NCBI GenBank assembly: GCA_034004665.1
Contig: JAVEWF010000001.1
Location: 5,134 to 69,133, forward strand
Direction: 5' to 3'
DNA: 64,000 nt
Origin: Rhodocyclaceae bacterium
Lineage (GTDB): Bacteria > Pseudomonadota > Gammaproteobacteria > Burkholderiales > Rhodocyclaceae
A program made the translations under genes and the position numbers. The notes under the pieces were generated by a model. The model was not told the DNA's origin. It saw only the letters and a list, made by a program, of their open reading frames with translations, and made no database searches. This document shows, piece by piece, positions 32,579 through 43,747 of this stretch (position 1 is the first letter of the stretch; the number at the start of each line of letters is the position of its first letter).

Positions 32579-33358
32579 TCATTTCTCCGGCCAGGCTGCC
32601 AGGAATTCCCGCCAGTGCGGCGCATCGCTTCTGGCCAGTTCGCCGCGCACGAAGGCGACTTCTTCGGCATGCGCTTTCGCGCTCAAATGGCCCCGCATCT
32701 GCTGGAATCGCAGGTAGACCATGTAGGTATTGACGACATCCGTTTCGCAGTAGTCGCGGATCGCGTCGATCTGGCCATCAAGCCAGGCGCCCCAGACGGC
32801 GCTGCCGTCCATGCCGAGCTTGCCGGGCAGGCCCATCAGCTTCGCCAGTTCGTCGAGCGGCGCGTTGGCGCGCGGCTGGTACATCGCCAGTAGGTCCATC
32901 AGGTCGAGATGGCGCGTGTGGTAGCGGCTGATGTAGTTGTTCCACTTGAAGTCGCGGTCGTCTTCGCCGAGATCCCAGTAGCGCGGCGCGGCGACGCCAT
33001 GGATCAGGCCGCGGTAGTGCAGCACCGGCAGGTCGAAGCCGCCGCCGTTCCACGAGATGATCTGCGGCGTGTATTTGCCGATGCCGTCGTAGAAGCGCTG
33101 GATGATCTCGCCTTCGCCAGACTTTGGCTCGGCCAGCGACCAGACCCTGAAACCTTCATCGCTGCGCATCGCACAGGAGATGACAATCACGCGCTGCAGA
33201 TGATGCGGCAGGAAGTCGGAGCCGTTCTTCGCGCGCTGCTTCTGGAAGGCGAACTCGGCGACCTCGGCATCGGCGAGCGTCTCCGGGAGTTCGTGGAGAT
33301 TGCGCAGCCCGGCAATATCGGGAATGGTTTCGATGTCGAAGGCGATGACGGGGATCAT
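32579..33358 (-). CDS. PolB-like 3'-5' exonuclease (DEDDy)
   Basis: FDIET, WNGGGFD, YCETD; ATG at 33358. Confidence 0.88.
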   Translation of the reverse strand: MIPVIAFDIETIPDIAGLRNLHELPETLADAEVAEFAFQKQRAKNGSDFLPHHLQRVIVISCAMRSDEGFRVWSLAEPKSGEGEIIQRFYDGIGKYTPQIISWNGGGFDLPVLHYRGLIHGVAAPRYWDLGEDDRDFKWNNYISRYHTRHLDLMDLLAMYQPRANAPLDELAKLMGLPGKLGMDGSAVWGAWLDGQIDAIRDYCETDVVNTYMVYLRFQQMRGHLSAKAHAEEVAFVRGELARSDAPHWREFLAAWPEK

Positions 33359-33468
33359 GGTTTGACGGAGGAAGTTTCCGGCGTGCCGGCCGGCGGAAAA
33401 TGCACATGGACATTCACGCAGGCGGACAGAGACGCCAGCAGGATGAGGGACAGCAGCAGCTTTTTCAT
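33355..33468 (-). CDS. 37-aa lipoprotein (YnbE-like position), absent from ORF track
   Basis: MKKLLLSLILLASLSACVNVHVHFPPAGTPETSSVKP; lipobox LSAC; TGATG and ATGA overlaps with both neighbours. Confidence 0.75.
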   Translation of the reverse strand: MKKLLLSLILLASLSACVNVHVHFPPAGTPETSSVKP

Positions 33469-35399
33469 CACTCGACGAGAAGACCCTGGCGGCCGGCCAG
33501 CACTTCGCGAAAACGCGCGACCAGCGCCGGCCAGTCGATGCGGCGATTGTAGCCAATGATGTCGACGCTCGGCATGCCGCTGCCCTGCATGATGAGGATG
33601 CGATCATCCGCGTCGTGGCCGGGAATGCCGCTCAGCGTGCAAACGCCATCGCGCAGCACGGCACCGAGGCCGATGCGGTCGTAGGCCAGGCCGAAGCCTT
33701 CTCGTTCGGGCAGACGGAGGATCGCGCTCCCCTCCTCAGGCGTGCCGAGTGCCGTGATGTCCTTGAGCGCGCCGATGCTGAGCACGCGCCGCTCGTCGCC
33801 GGACGTGCTGTCGATGCGGGCATCGAAGCGCAGCGGCTGCCACCCCGCCATTTCGAGATCGTGCAGGTCGGCATCGAAGCGGCCCTCGATGCTGCCGAAG
33901 GCGAAGGTGCGCGTCAGCATGCCGAGGTCGAGGCCGCGCGCCGTCACGTCGACCAGCAGATGACGCCGGGCGCTGAACGGGGCTAGCATGCGCAACTGAT
34001 GGACGATCAGGCCGCCGTCGAAGACTTCGACGCCGAGCGCCCCGTCCATGCTCAACACATCGTTTTCGTAGGCGATGCGCGGGATGTGGGCGGACAGGGT
34101 GCCGGCCATGACCGGCAGCCGCAACGCGCGCGACAGCTTGGGCATCGACACGCCGTCGATCCCGCCGGAGAACTCCGCCTGCCACGCATTCTGCACACGA
34201 TCGACCACCAGCCGCTCGACCGAGAATCGTCCGTCGAGCAGCGGTGCGATGAGATGCTCGATGCGGGCGGAGTTGCCGTCCAGCAGCAGCGGAATGCGAA
34301 ACTCGCCGAGCGGCAGGTCGCCGAAGCGGGCCGCGGCGACGCTGATTTCGGCAGGCTGCGGCTGCCCGGCTTCCCAGGCGATCTGTGCATTCATGCCTTC
34401 CAGACGCATGTAGTCCGTGTCGTCCGCCAGCGTCGCGTCGTCCAGTCCGGCGAAGAAGCGCTGCAAGCCTGGGATCGGTGCCGCCTCCCGCCATTCGGCG
34501 GCGAAGAGCACCGATCCCGTGGCCTGCCATGCCGGCAGCCCGAGGCTCGACAGCCAGGGTTGCAGCCATTCGCGCATGGCGGCAGCAAGGTCGATGCGTT
34601 CGCTGACGAGGCCCCATTCGGTCGCGACGCCGCGTTCGCGATCCCAGCGCAGGCTGGCCGTCACTGCGCCGATGTCGGCCACGTCCAGCCGCGCCTGTTC
34701 GACCTGGAGCAGCGCATCGGTCAGGCGCCCCTCGGCATCGATGCGCACGCGCGCATCCCGCTGCCAGGGCGGCATGGCGAAATGCCCGTCGGTCCAGTCG
34801 ATCCCGGCATGCCAGCGCCAGGCGCCAGCTTCGCGCGTGGCGGTCGCCTGCAGTGCGAACGCCATGTCACGCCCCGCAGCGGAACCGTCGCGGCTGGAAA
34901 AGGAAAGGTTGCGCGTTGCCAGTGCAAGTTCGACCCGGTTCCGGTCGCCTCGCAGGCTCAGGTCAACCCGCCCCTGCGGACTCCACCGCCGCAGGCGCTT
35001 CACGAGGGGCGACAGCGCCACGACATCGATATCGCGCAGGGCGAACGTGAAATGTCCGTCGGAATGCCAGGCCAGCGAGAACGGCAACGGCGACCGCTCG
35101 CGGCCGCGCGTCACCTCGCGCTGCAACTCTCCTTCAGGACATGCCAGTTCGCGTCCGTCGAACCGGAAATGCCGGCAGTTCAGTTCGAGACCGCGATACT
35201 CGACGTCGGCGATCTGCAGACGATCGATGTGCAACGTGGCACGCTCTGCCGACGGCGCTGCAAATTTCAGGGTCATGCCGCTGGCGGCAAAAGCGGGATG
35301 CCGGATCTCGTCCAGCGCCAGTTCGATGTCGAGGGCGAATGCCGGCTCGATGAACAGGCAGCACAGCCCGGCGAGAACGGCCCTAGCCCGGGAAAACAC
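33468..35399 (-). CDS. YdbH/AsmA-like periplasmic bridge protein (putative)
   Basis: Signal/anchor segment, beta-rich body, C-terminal FAFGSIEGR...YDRIGL...IIGYNRRIDW; GTG start at 35399 inferred. Confidence 0.65.
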   Translation of the reverse strand: MFSRARAVLAGLCCLFIEPAFALDIELALDEIRHPAFAASGMTLKFAAPSAERATLHIDRLQIADVEYRGLELNCRHFRFDGRELACPEGELQREVTRGRERSPLPFSLAWHSDGHFTFALRDIDVVALSPLVKRLRRWSPQGRVDLSLRGDRNRVELALATRNLSFSSRDGSAAGRDMAFALQATATREAGAWRWHAGIDWTDGHFAMPPWQRDARVRIDAEGRLTDALLQVEQARLDVADIGAVTASLRWDRERGVATEWGLVSERIDLAAAMREWLQPWLSSLGLPAWQATGSVLFAAEWREAAPIPGLQRFFAGLDDATLADDTDYMRLEGMNAQIAWEAGQPQPAEISVAAARFGDLPLGEFRIPLLLDGNSARIEHLIAPLLDGRFSVERLVVDRVQNAWQAEFSGGIDGVSMPKLSRALRLPVMAGTLSAHIPRIAYENDVLSMDGALGVEVFDGGLIVHQLRMLAPFSARRHLLVDVTARGLDLGMLTRTFAFGSIEGRFDADLHDLEMAGWQPLRFDARIDSTSGDERRVLSIGALKDITALGTPEEGSAILRLPEREGFGLAYDRIGLGAVLRDGVCTLSGIPGHDADDRILIMQGSGMPSVDIIGYNRRIDWPALVARFREVLAGRQGLLVE

Positions 35400-36285
35400 C
35401 CGTGGACAGATAGCGGTCGCCACGATCGCAGACGATGCTGACGATGACGGCATTCTCGAGCGTCTCCGCCAGGCGCAGGGCGACCACCATCGCACCGCCC
35501 GAGGAAATGCCGGCGCAGATGCCCTCTTCGGCGGCCAGACGACGCGTCATGTCCTCGGCATCCGCCTGCGAGACGTATTCGAGCTGGTCGATGCGCGAGA
35601 AGTCGCAGATTTTCGGCAGGTAGCCCAGCGGCCATTTGCGGATGCCGGGGATCTGCGAACCCTCTTCCGGCTGGCAGCCGACGATCCGGATCTGAGGATT
35701 GACTTCTTTCAGGTACTGCGAGCAGCCCATGATGGTGCCGGTCGTGCCCATGCTCGATACGAAATGCGTGACGCGGCCCTCGGTGTCGCGCCAGATCTCG
35801 GGGCCCGTGCCGTGATAGTGCGCGAGCGGATTGTCCGGATTGGAAAACTGGTCGAGCATGATGCCCTTGCCGGCCTTGACGAGCCGGTCGGCCTCGTCGC
35901 GCGCACCTTCCATGCTCGCCTGCTTCGGCGTCAGCACGAGCTCGGCGCCGTAGGCCTTCATCGACTGGCGACGCTCGACGCTCTGGTTTTCCGGCATGAC
36001 CAGGATCATGCCGTAGCCGCGCATCGCGGCGACCATCGCCAGGGCGATGCCCGTATTGCCGGACGTCGCCTCGATCAGCGTGTCGCCGGGCTTGATCTCG
36101 CCGCGCTTTTCCGCCTCGATGATCATCGAGAGCGCCGGCCGGTCCTTGACCGAACCGGCGGGATTGTTGCCTTCGAGCTTGGCGAGGAGGATGTTGTTGC
36201 GGCGCGCATTTTCCGCGCCCGGCAAGCGCTGCAGGCGCACCAGCGGGGTATTGCCGACGGTGGATTCGAGCGTGATGGTCTTCAT
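35383..36285 (-). CDS. cysM: Cysteine synthase B
   Basis: [46 protein letters not shown]. Confidence 0.96.
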   Translation of the reverse strand: MKTITLESTVGNTPLVRLQRLPGAENARRNNILLAKLEGNNPAGSVKDRPALSMIIEAEKRGEIKPGDTLIEATSGNTGIALAMVAAMRGYGMILVMPENQSVERRQSMKAYGAELVLTPKQASMEGARDEADRLVKAGKGIMLDQFSNPDNPLAHYHGTGPEIWRDTEGRVTHFVSSMGTTGTIMGCSQYLKEVNPQIRIVGCQPEEGSQIPGIRKWPLGYLPKICDFSRIDQLEYVSQADAEDMTRRLAAEEGICAGISSGGAMVVALRLAETLENAVIVSIVCDRGDRYLSTGVFPG

Positions 36286-37280
36286 TGTCCGGCCAGGTGT
36301 TGCACGTACCTGGTCACCCCCTCGGCCACGCTGTTGAATTCATCCTTGTAGCCGGCGGCGCGCAACGCGCCGATGTCGGCCTGGGTGAAGCTCTGGTACT
36401 TGCCCTTGAGCGCCTCGGGGAAGTCGATGTATTCGACGATGCCCTGGCTCACCATCTCCTCCAGCGACAGCGCCGGCTTGCCTTCGAGCGCCCGGCAGGC
36501 ATTCACGGTCGAGTGCGCGATGTCGTTGAACGGCTGGGCGCGGCCGGTGCCGAGGTTGAAGATGCCCGATTTCTCGGGATGGTCGAGGAAGAACATGTTC
36601 ACCTTGACCACGTCGTCGATATAGACGAAGTCGCGGCTCTGGCTGCCATTGGCGTAGCCGTCGCAGCCCTCGAACAGCTTCACCTTGCCATGCTCGCGGT
36701 ACTGGTTGAAATGGTGGAAGGCCACCGAGGCCATGCGGCCCTTGTGCTGTTCGCGCGGGCCATAGACGTTGAAGTAGCGGAAGCCGACCACCTGCGAGGA
36801 AAAGTCGGCGCTGGCGGCACGGCGACGCACGACCTGGTCGAACAGGAACTTCGAGTAGCCATAGACGTTGAGCGGCCCCTCGTGTTCGCGCGCTTCCTTG
36901 AAGATGCGGCCGGCGCCATACACCGACGCGGAGGATGCGTAGAGGAACTGCGTTTCATGGTCGAGGCAGAAGTCCAGTAGCGTGCTGGTATAGCGGAAGT
37001 TGTTCTCCATCATGTAGCGGCCGTCGGTTTCCATCGTGTCCGAGCAGGCACCCTCGTGGAAGATCGCCTCGACCGCACCGTCGAAGTGGCCGTGCTGCAC
37101 CATCTCGATGAACTCGTGCTTGTCGAGGTAGTCGGCGATCTCGCAATCGACGAGGTTTTTGAACTTGTCGGCCTTGCTCAGGTTGTCGACGGCGATCACC
37201 TCGGTGATGCCGCGGTCGTTGAGCGCCTTGACGATGTTGGCGCCGATGAAGCCGCAGGCGCCGGTAACGATGTAGTACAT
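36282..37280 (-). CDS. rfaD: ADP-L-glycero-D-manno-heptose 6-epimerase
   Basis: [35 protein letters not shown]. Confidence 0.96.
   Translation of the reverse strand: MYYIVTGACGFIGANIVKALNDRGITEVIAVDNLSKADKFKNLVDCEIADYLDKHEFIEMVQHGHFDGAVEAIFHEGACSDTMETDGRYMMENNFRYTSTLLDFCLDHETQFLYASSASVYGAGRIFKEAREHEGPLNVYGYSKFLFDQVVRRRAASADFSSQVVGFRYFNVYGPREQHKGRMASVAFHHFNQYREHGKVKLFEGCDGYANGSQSRDFVYIDDVVKVNMFFLDHPEKSGIFNLGTGRAQPFNDIAHSTVNACRALEGKPALSLEEMVSQGIVEYIDFPEALKGKYQSFTQADIGALRAAGYKDEFNSVAEGVTRYVQHLAGQ
36801..36824 (+). repeat. 24-bp motif copy (1 core mismatch), in rfaD
   Basis: aaagtcgg-cgctggcgg-cacggcg; encodes RRAASADF on the minus strand. Confidence 0.75.
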
Positions 37281-37282
37281 GC

Positions 37283-38212
37283 CTAGCCTTTCAATTCGTC
37301 GATGGAACAGGTGGCGGTGCCCAGCTTGCCGACGACGACGCCGGCGGCACGGTTGGCCCAGCGCATCGCATCGGCCAGGTCGAGTCCGCTCGCCAGCATC
37401 ACCGCCAGCGTGGCGATCACGGTATCGCCCGCACCGCTGACATCATAAACCTCGCGGGCGAGCGCCGGTTCGTGAGTTGCCGCAGCGGCGGAAAACAGGG
37501 TCATGCCCTCCTCCGAACGCGTCAGCAGCAGGGCATCGATGCCCAGTTCGTCGCGCAGACGGGCGACGCGCGCATTCAGGTCGGCCTCGTCACGCCAGCG
37601 GCCGACGACCTCGCGCAGCTCGGCGCGATTCGGCGTAATGACGCTGGCGCCGGCGTAGCGCGCGTAGTCGTCGCCCTTGGGATCGACCAGCACGGGTTTG
37701 CCCTGCTCGCGCGCGATGCGGATCATTTCGGTAATGTGCGTCAGGCCACCCTTGCCGTAGTCGGACAGGATCACCACGTCGCAGGCAACCACGCGCTGGC
37801 GGAATTCGGCCAGCTTGGCCTGCAGCACTTCATGCGTCGGCCAGTTTTCGAAATCGATGCGCAGCAGCTGCTGCTGGCGGCCCAGCACGCGCAACTTGAC
37901 GGTGGTGGCGAGTTGCGGATCCTCGTGCAGGCTGGCATCGATGGCGGATTCGGCGAGCAACCGCGCCAGCACCTGGCCGGCCTCGTCCGCGCCGACGACC
38001 GACAGCAGCCCCGCACGCGCACCGAGCGCGGCGATGTTGCGGGCGACGTTGGCGGCACCGCCGGGGCGTTCCTCGCTTTTCTCGACCTTGACGACGGGCA
38101 CCGGCGCTTCCGGCGAAATGCGGGAGACCTCGCCGAACCAGTAGCGGTCGAGCATGACGTCGCCGACGACGAGCACGCTCGCCTGGCGGGTATCGGGCAG
38201 TTGCATGGGCAT
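37283..38212 (-). CDS. rfaE1: D-glycero-beta-D-manno-heptose-7-phosphate kinase (stand-alone)
   Basis: [33 protein letters not shown]. Confidence 0.94.
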   Translation of the reverse strand: MPMQLPDTRQASVLVVGDVMLDRYWFGEVSRISPEAPVPVVKVEKSEERPGGAANVARNIAALGARAGLLSVVGADEAGQVLARLLAESAIDASLHEDPQLATTVKLRVLGRQQQLLRIDFENWPTHEVLQAKLAEFRQRVVACDVVILSDYGKGGLTHITEMIRIAREQGKPVLVDPKGDDYARYAGASVITPNRAELREVVGRWRDEADLNARVARLRDELGIDALLLTRSEEGMTLFSAAAATHEPALAREVYDVSGAGDTVIATLAVMLASGLDLADAMRWANRAAGVVVGKLGTATCSIDELKG

Positions 38213-38223
38213 GGGTTACCTGC

Positions 38224-39411
38224 CTAGGGAGTCAGATCGAATTCTTCGGTGCGGCGCGGCGGGAAGGTTTCCCAGCCGCCACAGGCGGGACAGCGCCAGT
38301 GGAACTGGCGTGCCTTGAAGCCGCAGTCGTCGCATCGATAGCGGGCGACGCGACGCGTGTGATTGTGGATCAGATTGCGGATCAGTTCGAGGTCGCTGCG
38401 TCGCTCCGGCGGTGCCAGCAGCACTTGCGCCTCGAGCAGCTTGTCGAGCCCCAGCAGCGTCGGGTTCCGCCGCAACTCGTCGCGGACCAGCACGTAGGCC
38501 GTTTCCGGCCCGTGTGCAGCCAGCTCCGTCTGGAAGGCGATGTCGAGCAAATCGAGCGAGGAATGGCGCTCGAGATAGCTGCGGAGCAGGTCGAGCCCGG
38601 CCTGCGCGCGTCCGAGAGCGGTATAGACCTCCATCATCTTGCCGGCGACCAGCGACAGATAGACCGGGTTCTGCTGCTCGATGCCCTGCCAGACCTTCAA
38701 CGCCGTCTCGCCATCACCGACTTTTGCCGCCAGTTCGCCGCGCATCATCGTCGCGCGCACGCACTTGCGATTGGCCGCCAGTGCGGCGTCGATGCGCCGC
38801 TGCGCCGCTTCGAGCCGTCCATTGACGAGATCGGAGGCCGCCAGCTCGCAATGAAACTCGGCGATCTCCTTTTGCCACAGGTGCTCGGCATGGCCGGGCA
38901 TTTCCTCGGCGATGGCGATCGCCTTCGACCATTCCTTTTCCTGCTGGTAGATCTCGAGGAGATTCCGCAGCGCATCCTCATCGCGCTGCGTACCGCGCAG
39001 CTTGAGGAAGACCTCCTCGGCGCGGTCGAGCAGGCCGGCTTTCAGGTAATCCTGTCCGAGCTCGGCGAACGCATGCAGGCGCTGCTCCTCGGTCAGCTGC
39101 GTGAGCGCGGCATCGCGCTCGATCAGATGCTTGTGCACGCGGATGGCACGATCCGTCTCGCCGCGACGACGAAACAGGCTGCCCAGCGCGAAGTGAAGTT
39201 CGATGGTTTCGGGATCGACGCGCGCGGCCTCGAGGAAGGCCTCGATGGCCTTGTCGGGCTGCTCGTTGAGGAGAAAGTTCAGCCCCGTGAAATAGGAGCG
39301 CGGCAGGCGCCGCGACTCGCGCATCAGCTGGCGGATGTCGATGCGCGCCGCGAGCCAGCCGAAAAAGAAGAATGCCGGCAGGACCAGCAGCCACCAGAGT
39401 TCGATTTCCAC
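38224..39411 (-). CDS. lapB: LPS assembly protein B
   Basis: YFTGLNFLLNEQPDKA, TPR repeats, C-terminal CDDCGF...CPACG rubredoxin; GTG at 39411. Confidence 0.94.
   Translation of the reverse strand: MEIELWWLLVLPAFFFFGWLAARIDIRQLMRESRRLPRSYFTGLNFLLNEQPDKAIEAFLEAARVDPETIELHFALGSLFRRRGETDRAIRVHKHLIERDAALTQLTEEQRLHAFAELGQDYLKAGLLDRAEEVFLKLRGTQRDEDALRNLLEIYQQEKEWSKAIAIAEEMPGHAEHLWQKEIAEFHCELAASDLVNGRLEAAQRRIDAALAANRKCVRATMMRGELAAKVGDGETALKVWQGIEQQNPVYLSLVAGKMMEVYTALGRAQAGLDLLRSYLERHSSLDLLDIAFQTELAAHGPETAYVLVRDELRRNPTLLGLDKLLEAQVLLAPPERRSDLELIRNLIHNHTRRVARYRCDDCGFKARQFHWRCPACGGWETFPPRRTEEFDLTP
38701..38724 (-). repeat. 24-bp motif copy, in lapB
   Basis: Minus strand reads aaagtcgg-tgatggcga-gacggcg; encodes KVGDGETA. 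Confidence 0.75.
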
Positions 39412-39416
39412 GTTGG

Positions 39417-39710
39417 TCAGCCGGCCGTCCCGACGGGCGGTTCCTCGGCAGGCTTGTGTTGTCGGGCCATCTGGTCGGCCTGCTTGCGCAATTTTGCGAT
39501 GGTGCGGCGCTGCCGCACGGCCCCGGGCAGCAAGGCCAGCGCCCCCAGCAGAACACCTGCGCCGAAGGCGGCGAGTACAACAAGCGCCAGCGGCGCCTGC
39601 CAGCTGGCATCGAAGAAGAAGCGCAACTCGACGTCGCTGCTGTTCTTGATGGCCAGCCCCAGCAGGATCACGAACAGGATCCCGCGGAGCAGCCACATCA
39701 GCGCATTCAT
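39417..39710 (-). CDS. lapA: LPS assembly protein A
   Basis: Two TM segments, AIKN...WQAPL; located between ihfB and lapB. Confidence 0.85.
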   Translation of the reverse strand: MNALMWLLRGILFVILLGLAIKNSSDVELRFFFDASWQAPLALVVLAAFGAGVLLGALALLPGAVRQRRTIAKLRKQADQMARQHKPAEEPPVGTAG

Positions 39711-39723
39711 CGCCGTCTCGATG

Positions 39724-40011
39724 CTACTTGACGGTCAGGTCGACCCGCTCGCGCAACTCCTTGCCGGCCTTGAAGTGCGGGACATATTTGGCCGGCACCT
39801 CCACACGATCGCCCGTCTTGGGGTTGCGGCCGATGCGGGGAGGACGATAGTTGAGCGAGAAGCTGCCGAAGCCGCGAATCTCGATGCGATCGCCCTTGGC
39901 CAGGGCCTCGGACATCGCATCGAGCATCATTTTCACGGACAGGTCGGCATCCTTGACGACAAGCTGCGGAAAGCGCTCCGCCAGACGAGCGATCAACTCG
40001 GACTTGGTCAT
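39724..40011 (-). CDS. ihfB: Integration host factor beta
   Basis: [37 protein letters not shown]. Confidence 0.97.
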   Translation of the reverse strand: MTKSELIARLAERFPQLVVKDADLSVKMMLDAMSEALAKGDRIEIRGFGSFSLNYRPPRIGRNPKTGDRVEVPAKYVPHFKAGKELRERVDLTVK

Positions 40012-40043
40012 GACCGGAACTTTCCTTTTGGCTTACTGCTGGC

Positions 40044-41750
40044 TCATTGCTGATTGAGCTTGGCCTTCAAAAGGGCACCCAGGTTGGTGGTGCCGGTCGC
40101 GGCAGCTGCCGAGTCGGACGCCAGCTTCTGCATCGCTTCGCTCTGCTCGGCCTGGTCCTTCGCCTTGATCGACAGGTTGATCGAACGCGACTTGCGGTCG
40201 ACGTTGATGATCAGCGCCTCGACGCTGTCGCCGACATGCAGATGCTGGCTCAGGTCTTCGGTACGATCGCGAGAGAACTCGGACACGCGCAGGTAGCCCT
40301 CGACGTCGCCGCCGAGATCGATCACGGCGCCCTTGGCATCGACGCTCTTGACCGTGCCGTTGACGAGGCTGTTCTTGTCGTGCGTCGCGATGAAGCTGGT
40401 GAAGGGGTCGCCATCGAGCTGCTTGACGCCCAGCGAAATACGCTCCTTCTCGACGTCGATCGACAGCACCACGGCCTCGACTTCGTCGCCCTTCTTGTAG
40501 TTCTGCTTGGCTTCCTCGCCGGCCGCCGACCAGGACAGGTCGGACAGGTGAACCAGACCGTCGATGCCGCCGGGCAGGCCGATGAAGATGCCGAAGTCGG
40601 TGATCGACTTGATGGCGCCCTTCACCTTGTCGCCCTTCTTGTGGTTCATGGCGAACTCGTCCCACGGATTCGCCTGGCACTGCTTCATGCCCAGCGAGAT
40701 GCGGCGGCGATCCTCGTCGATCTCGAGGATCATCACCTCGACCTCGTCGCCGAGCTGGACGACCTTGGACGGGTGGATGTTCTTGTTGGTCCAGTCCATC
40801 TCGGAGACGTGCACCAGGCCTTCGATGCCCTGCTCGATCTCGACGAACGCGCCGTAGTCGGTCAGGTTGGTGACCTTGCCGAACAGGCGGGTGCCCTGCG
40901 GGTAACGACGGGCGATGCCCACCCACGGATCTTCGCCGAGCTGCTTCATGCCCAGCGAGACGCGGTTCTTCTCCTGGTCGAACTTGAGCACCTTGGCGGT
41001 GACTTCGTCGCCGACGTTGAGCACTTCGGACGGGTGACGCACGCGGCGCCAGGCCAGGTCGGTGATGTGCAGCAGGCCGTCGATGCCGCCGAGGTCGACG
41101 AACGCGCCGTACTCGGTGATGTTCTTGACGATGCCCTTGACGATGGTGCCTTCCTGCAGGTTTTCCAGCAGCTTCTGGCGCTCTTCGCCCATGTTGGCTT
41201 CCAGCACGGCGCGGCGCGACAGCACGACGTTGTTGCGCTTGCGGTCGAGCTTGATGACCTTGAATTCGTATTCCTTGCCTTCGAACGGCGTGGTGTCCTT
41301 GATCGGACGGGTGTCGACCAGCGAGCCGGGCAGGAAGGCGCGGATGCCGTTGGTCATGACGGTCAGGCCGCCCTTGACCTTGCCGGTGATGACGCCCTTG
41401 ACGAGGATCGCGTCGTTGAGCGCCTTGTCGAGATCGTTCCAGGCGGCGATGCGCTTGGCCTTGTCGCGCGACAGGCGGGTTTCGCCGTAGCCGTCTTCCA
41501 GCATCTCGATCGCGACTTGCACGAACTCGCCGGGATTGGCTTCGACTTCGCCACGGTCGTTCTTGAATTCATCGACCGGGATGAAGGATTCGGATTTCAG
41601 GCCCGCGTTGACGACCACAAAGTTTTGATCGACGCGGACGACTTCGGCCGTGATGACTTCGCCGGCGCGCATTTCCTGGCGCTGGAGGCTTTCTTCGAAG
41701 AGGGCGGCAAAGGATTCCATGGAATTCACGGCAGCAGAGGTAGCAGACAT
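40044..41750 (-). CDS. rpsA: 30S ribosomal protein S1
   Basis: [10 protein letters not shown] and six S1 repeats ([16 protein letters not shown] etc.). Confidence 0.97.
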   Translation of the reverse strand: MSATSAAVNSMESFAALFEESLQRQEMRAGEVITAEVVRVDQNFVVVNAGLKSESFIPVDEFKNDRGEVEANPGEFVQVAIEMLEDGYGETRLSRDKAKRIAAWNDLDKALNDAILVKGVITGKVKGGLTVMTNGIRAFLPGSLVDTRPIKDTTPFEGKEYEFKVIKLDRKRNNVVLSRRAVLEANMGEERQKLLENLQEGTIVKGIVKNITEYGAFVDLGGIDGLLHITDLAWRRVRHPSEVLNVGDEVTAKVLKFDQEKNRVSLGMKQLGEDPWVGIARRYPQGTRLFGKVTNLTDYGAFVEIEQGIEGLVHVSEMDWTNKNIHPSKVVQLGDEVEVMILEIDEDRRRISLGMKQCQANPWDEFAMNHKKGDKVKGAIKSITDFGIFIGLPGGIDGLVHLSDLSWSAAGEEAKQNYKKGDEVEAVVLSIDVEKERISLGVKQLDGDPFTSFIATHDKNSLVNGTVKSVDAKGAVIDLGGDVEGYLRVSEFSRDRTEDLSQHLHVGDSVEALIINVDRKSRSINLSIKAKDQAEQSEAMQKLASDSAAAATGTTNLGALLKAKLNQQ

Positions 41751-41791
41751 AAAGGGTCAGGGTTCCAAGATATATCCGTCTTGACAACGGG

Positions 41792-43747
41792 TTAGTTGAA
41801 CACTGGCAACCGGCGACGGACACTGTCCATGACGGCGGCCACGGCTTCCTCGATGTTCAACGCGGTGGTATCCACCAAGTCGGCATCGGGGCATTGTTTC
41901 AGGGGTGCTACGGGTCTTGCGGCATCGCGCGCGTCCCGTTCCCTGAGATCGTTCACGATGTCCTGCAAAAGGGGGCGCATGTTATCAGGCATTCCCTTGT
42001 CGATCAACTGTTTATGACGTCTTTCGCCACGCGCTTCGGCCGAGGCGGTCAGAAACACCTTCACGGGCGCGTCGGGAAAGACCACCGACCCCATGTCGCG
42101 GCCGTCCGCGACCAGCCCGGGGAAGTGCCGATAGGCGCGCTGGCGCTCCAGCAGCGCGGAGCGCACTGCGGGGTAGGCGGCGATCTTCGAGGCGCCATTG
42201 CCAACCGATTCCGCACGAATGGCCTCGCTAACGTATTCTTTTCCAAGGTAAATATTGTCGCCAACGAACTCGGCCGGCAGTGCCGCAGCAATCGCCGCCA
42301 CGGCCGCCTCGTCGTCCAGCGAGACATTCGCCTTCATCGCGGCCAGGGCGGTCAACCGATAGAGGGCACCGCTGTCGAGGAAATGGTAGCCGAGCGCCTG
42401 TGCGACGCGCTGCGCCACCGTACCCTTGCCCGAGGCCGACGGACCGTCGATGGCGATCACCGGCGCCGCGATCTGCGCGAAAGCGTCGAAGTAATGCGGG
42501 AAGGTCTTGGCGACGCACTTCGGATCATGGATGCGCACCGGCACGCCACCCAGTGCGGCCAGCGAGAAGCACATCGCCATGCGGTGGTCGTCGTAGGTGT
42601 CGATTTCGGCGTTGGCCGCGAAAGTCGGCGGCGGCGAGACGGCGAGATAGTCCGCCCCCTCCTCCACCGTCGCACCCAGCTTGCGCAGTTCGGTCGCCAT
42701 CGCCGCGATGCGGTCGGTCTCCTTGACGCGCCAGGAGGCGATGTTGCGCAGCCTGCAGGGGCCGTCGGCGAACAGGGCCGTGACGGCCAGCGTCATCGCC
42801 GCATCGGGAATGTGGTTGAGATCAAGGTCGAAGGCCTTGAGCTTCGTCGCGGGCGCGGATGCCTCGATGAAATTGTCGCCCCGGACGATGCGCGCGCCCA
42901 TCGCTTCGAGTGCCTCGGCGAACCTGACGTCGCCCTGGATGCTGTCGGCTCCGACGCCCTCGACGCGCACCGGCCCCTGGCCGATCGCACCTGCCGCGAG
43001 AAAATAGGAAGCGGCAGAGGCATCGCCCTCGACATGCAGCAGACCCGGACTGCGATAGCGCTGGCCGCCGGGAATCGTGAAACGCCGCCAGCCTTCGCGC
43101 TCGACCGTGACACCGAAGCGGGCCATGAGTTTCAGCGTGATCTCGATGTAGGGCTTGGAGATCAGTTCCGTCGTCATCTCGATGACCGCCTGCCGCCCCG
43201 TCAGCGGCAGCGCCATCAGGAGGGCGGTGAGAAATTGCGAGGAAACGTCGCCGCGCACCCGCACCGGGGCGGCCAGACGCACGTCCCCCGGAAAAATCTC
43301 CAGCGGCGGGAAGCCTTCGTTGCCGGCATAGCCGATGTGGCAGCCGATCTGGCGCAGCCCATCGACCAGATCGCCGATCGGCCGTTCGTGCATGCGCGGC
43401 ACACCCGACAGCTTGTAACGGCCTTCCGACAGCGCGAGTGCCGCCGTCAGAGGCCGGATCGCCGTACCGGCGTTGCCCATGAACAGGCTGCCGTGCTTGA
43501 CCGGAAAGGCGCCGCCGACGCCGTTCACCCGCCAGGCATTGGGTCCCCTGGGTTCAAGACCGACGCCGAGCGCCGCGAGCGCAGAGAGCATCACCCGCGT
43601 ATCGTCGGAATCGAGCAGGTCGCGGATCTCGGTATGTCCCTCCGCCAGGGCGGCCAGCAGCAGCATGCGGTTGGAGATGCTTTTCGAGCCCGGCAACCGG
43701 ACGCTACCGGCAGCCCGGGCCAGGGGTGGCAGATCGAGGTGTTCCAT
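41792..43747 (-). CDS. aroA: Fused EPSP synthase / cytidylate kinase (AroA-Cmk)
   Basis: [34 protein letters not shown] then [24 protein letters not shown] in one frame; ATG at 43747. Confidence 0.95.
   Translation of the reverse strand: MEHLDLPPLARAAGSVRLPGSKSISNRMLLLAALAEGHTEIRDLLDSDDTRVMLSALAALGVGLEPRGPNAWRVNGVGGAFPVKHGSLFMGNAGTAIRPLTAALALSEGRYKLSGVPRMHERPIGDLVDGLRQIGCHIGYAGNEGFPPLEIFPGDVRLAAPVRVRGDVSSQFLTALLMALPLTGRQAVIEMTTELISKPYIEITLKLMARFGVTVEREGWRRFTIPGGQRYRSPGLLHVEGDASAASYFLAAGAIGQGPVRVEGVGADSIQGDVRFAEALEAMGARIVRGDNFIEASAPATKLKAFDLDLNHIPDAAMTLAVTALFADGPCRLRNIASWRVKETDRIAAMATELRKLGATVEEGADYLAVSPPPTFAANAEIDTYDDHRMAMCFSLAALGGVPVRIHDPKCVAKTFPHYFDAFAQIAAPVIAIDGPSASGKGTVAQRVAQALGYHFLDSGALYRLTALAAMKANVSLDDEAAVAAIAAALPAEFVGDNIYLGKEYVSEAIRAESVGNGASKIAAYPAVRSALLERQRAYRHFPGLVADGRDMGSVVFPDAPVKVFLTASAEARGERRHKQLIDKGMPDNMRPLLQDIVNDLRERDARDAARPVAPLKQCPDADLVDTTALNIEEAVAAVMDSVRRRLPVFN
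41979..42007 (-). promoter_or_regulatory. Putative sigma70 promoter for rpsA inside cmk
   Basis: TTGATC-N17-TAACAT followed by the GC-rich discriminator gcgcccc on the minus strand. Confidence 0.55.
42621..42644 (+). repeat. 24-bp motif copy, in aroA
   Basis: aaagtcgg-cggcggcga-gacggcg; encodes AVSPPPTF on the minus strand. Confidence 0.8.

Noticed and set aside
40200-41150. Internal DNA repeats in rpsA
   Set aside because: Expected S1-domain repeats
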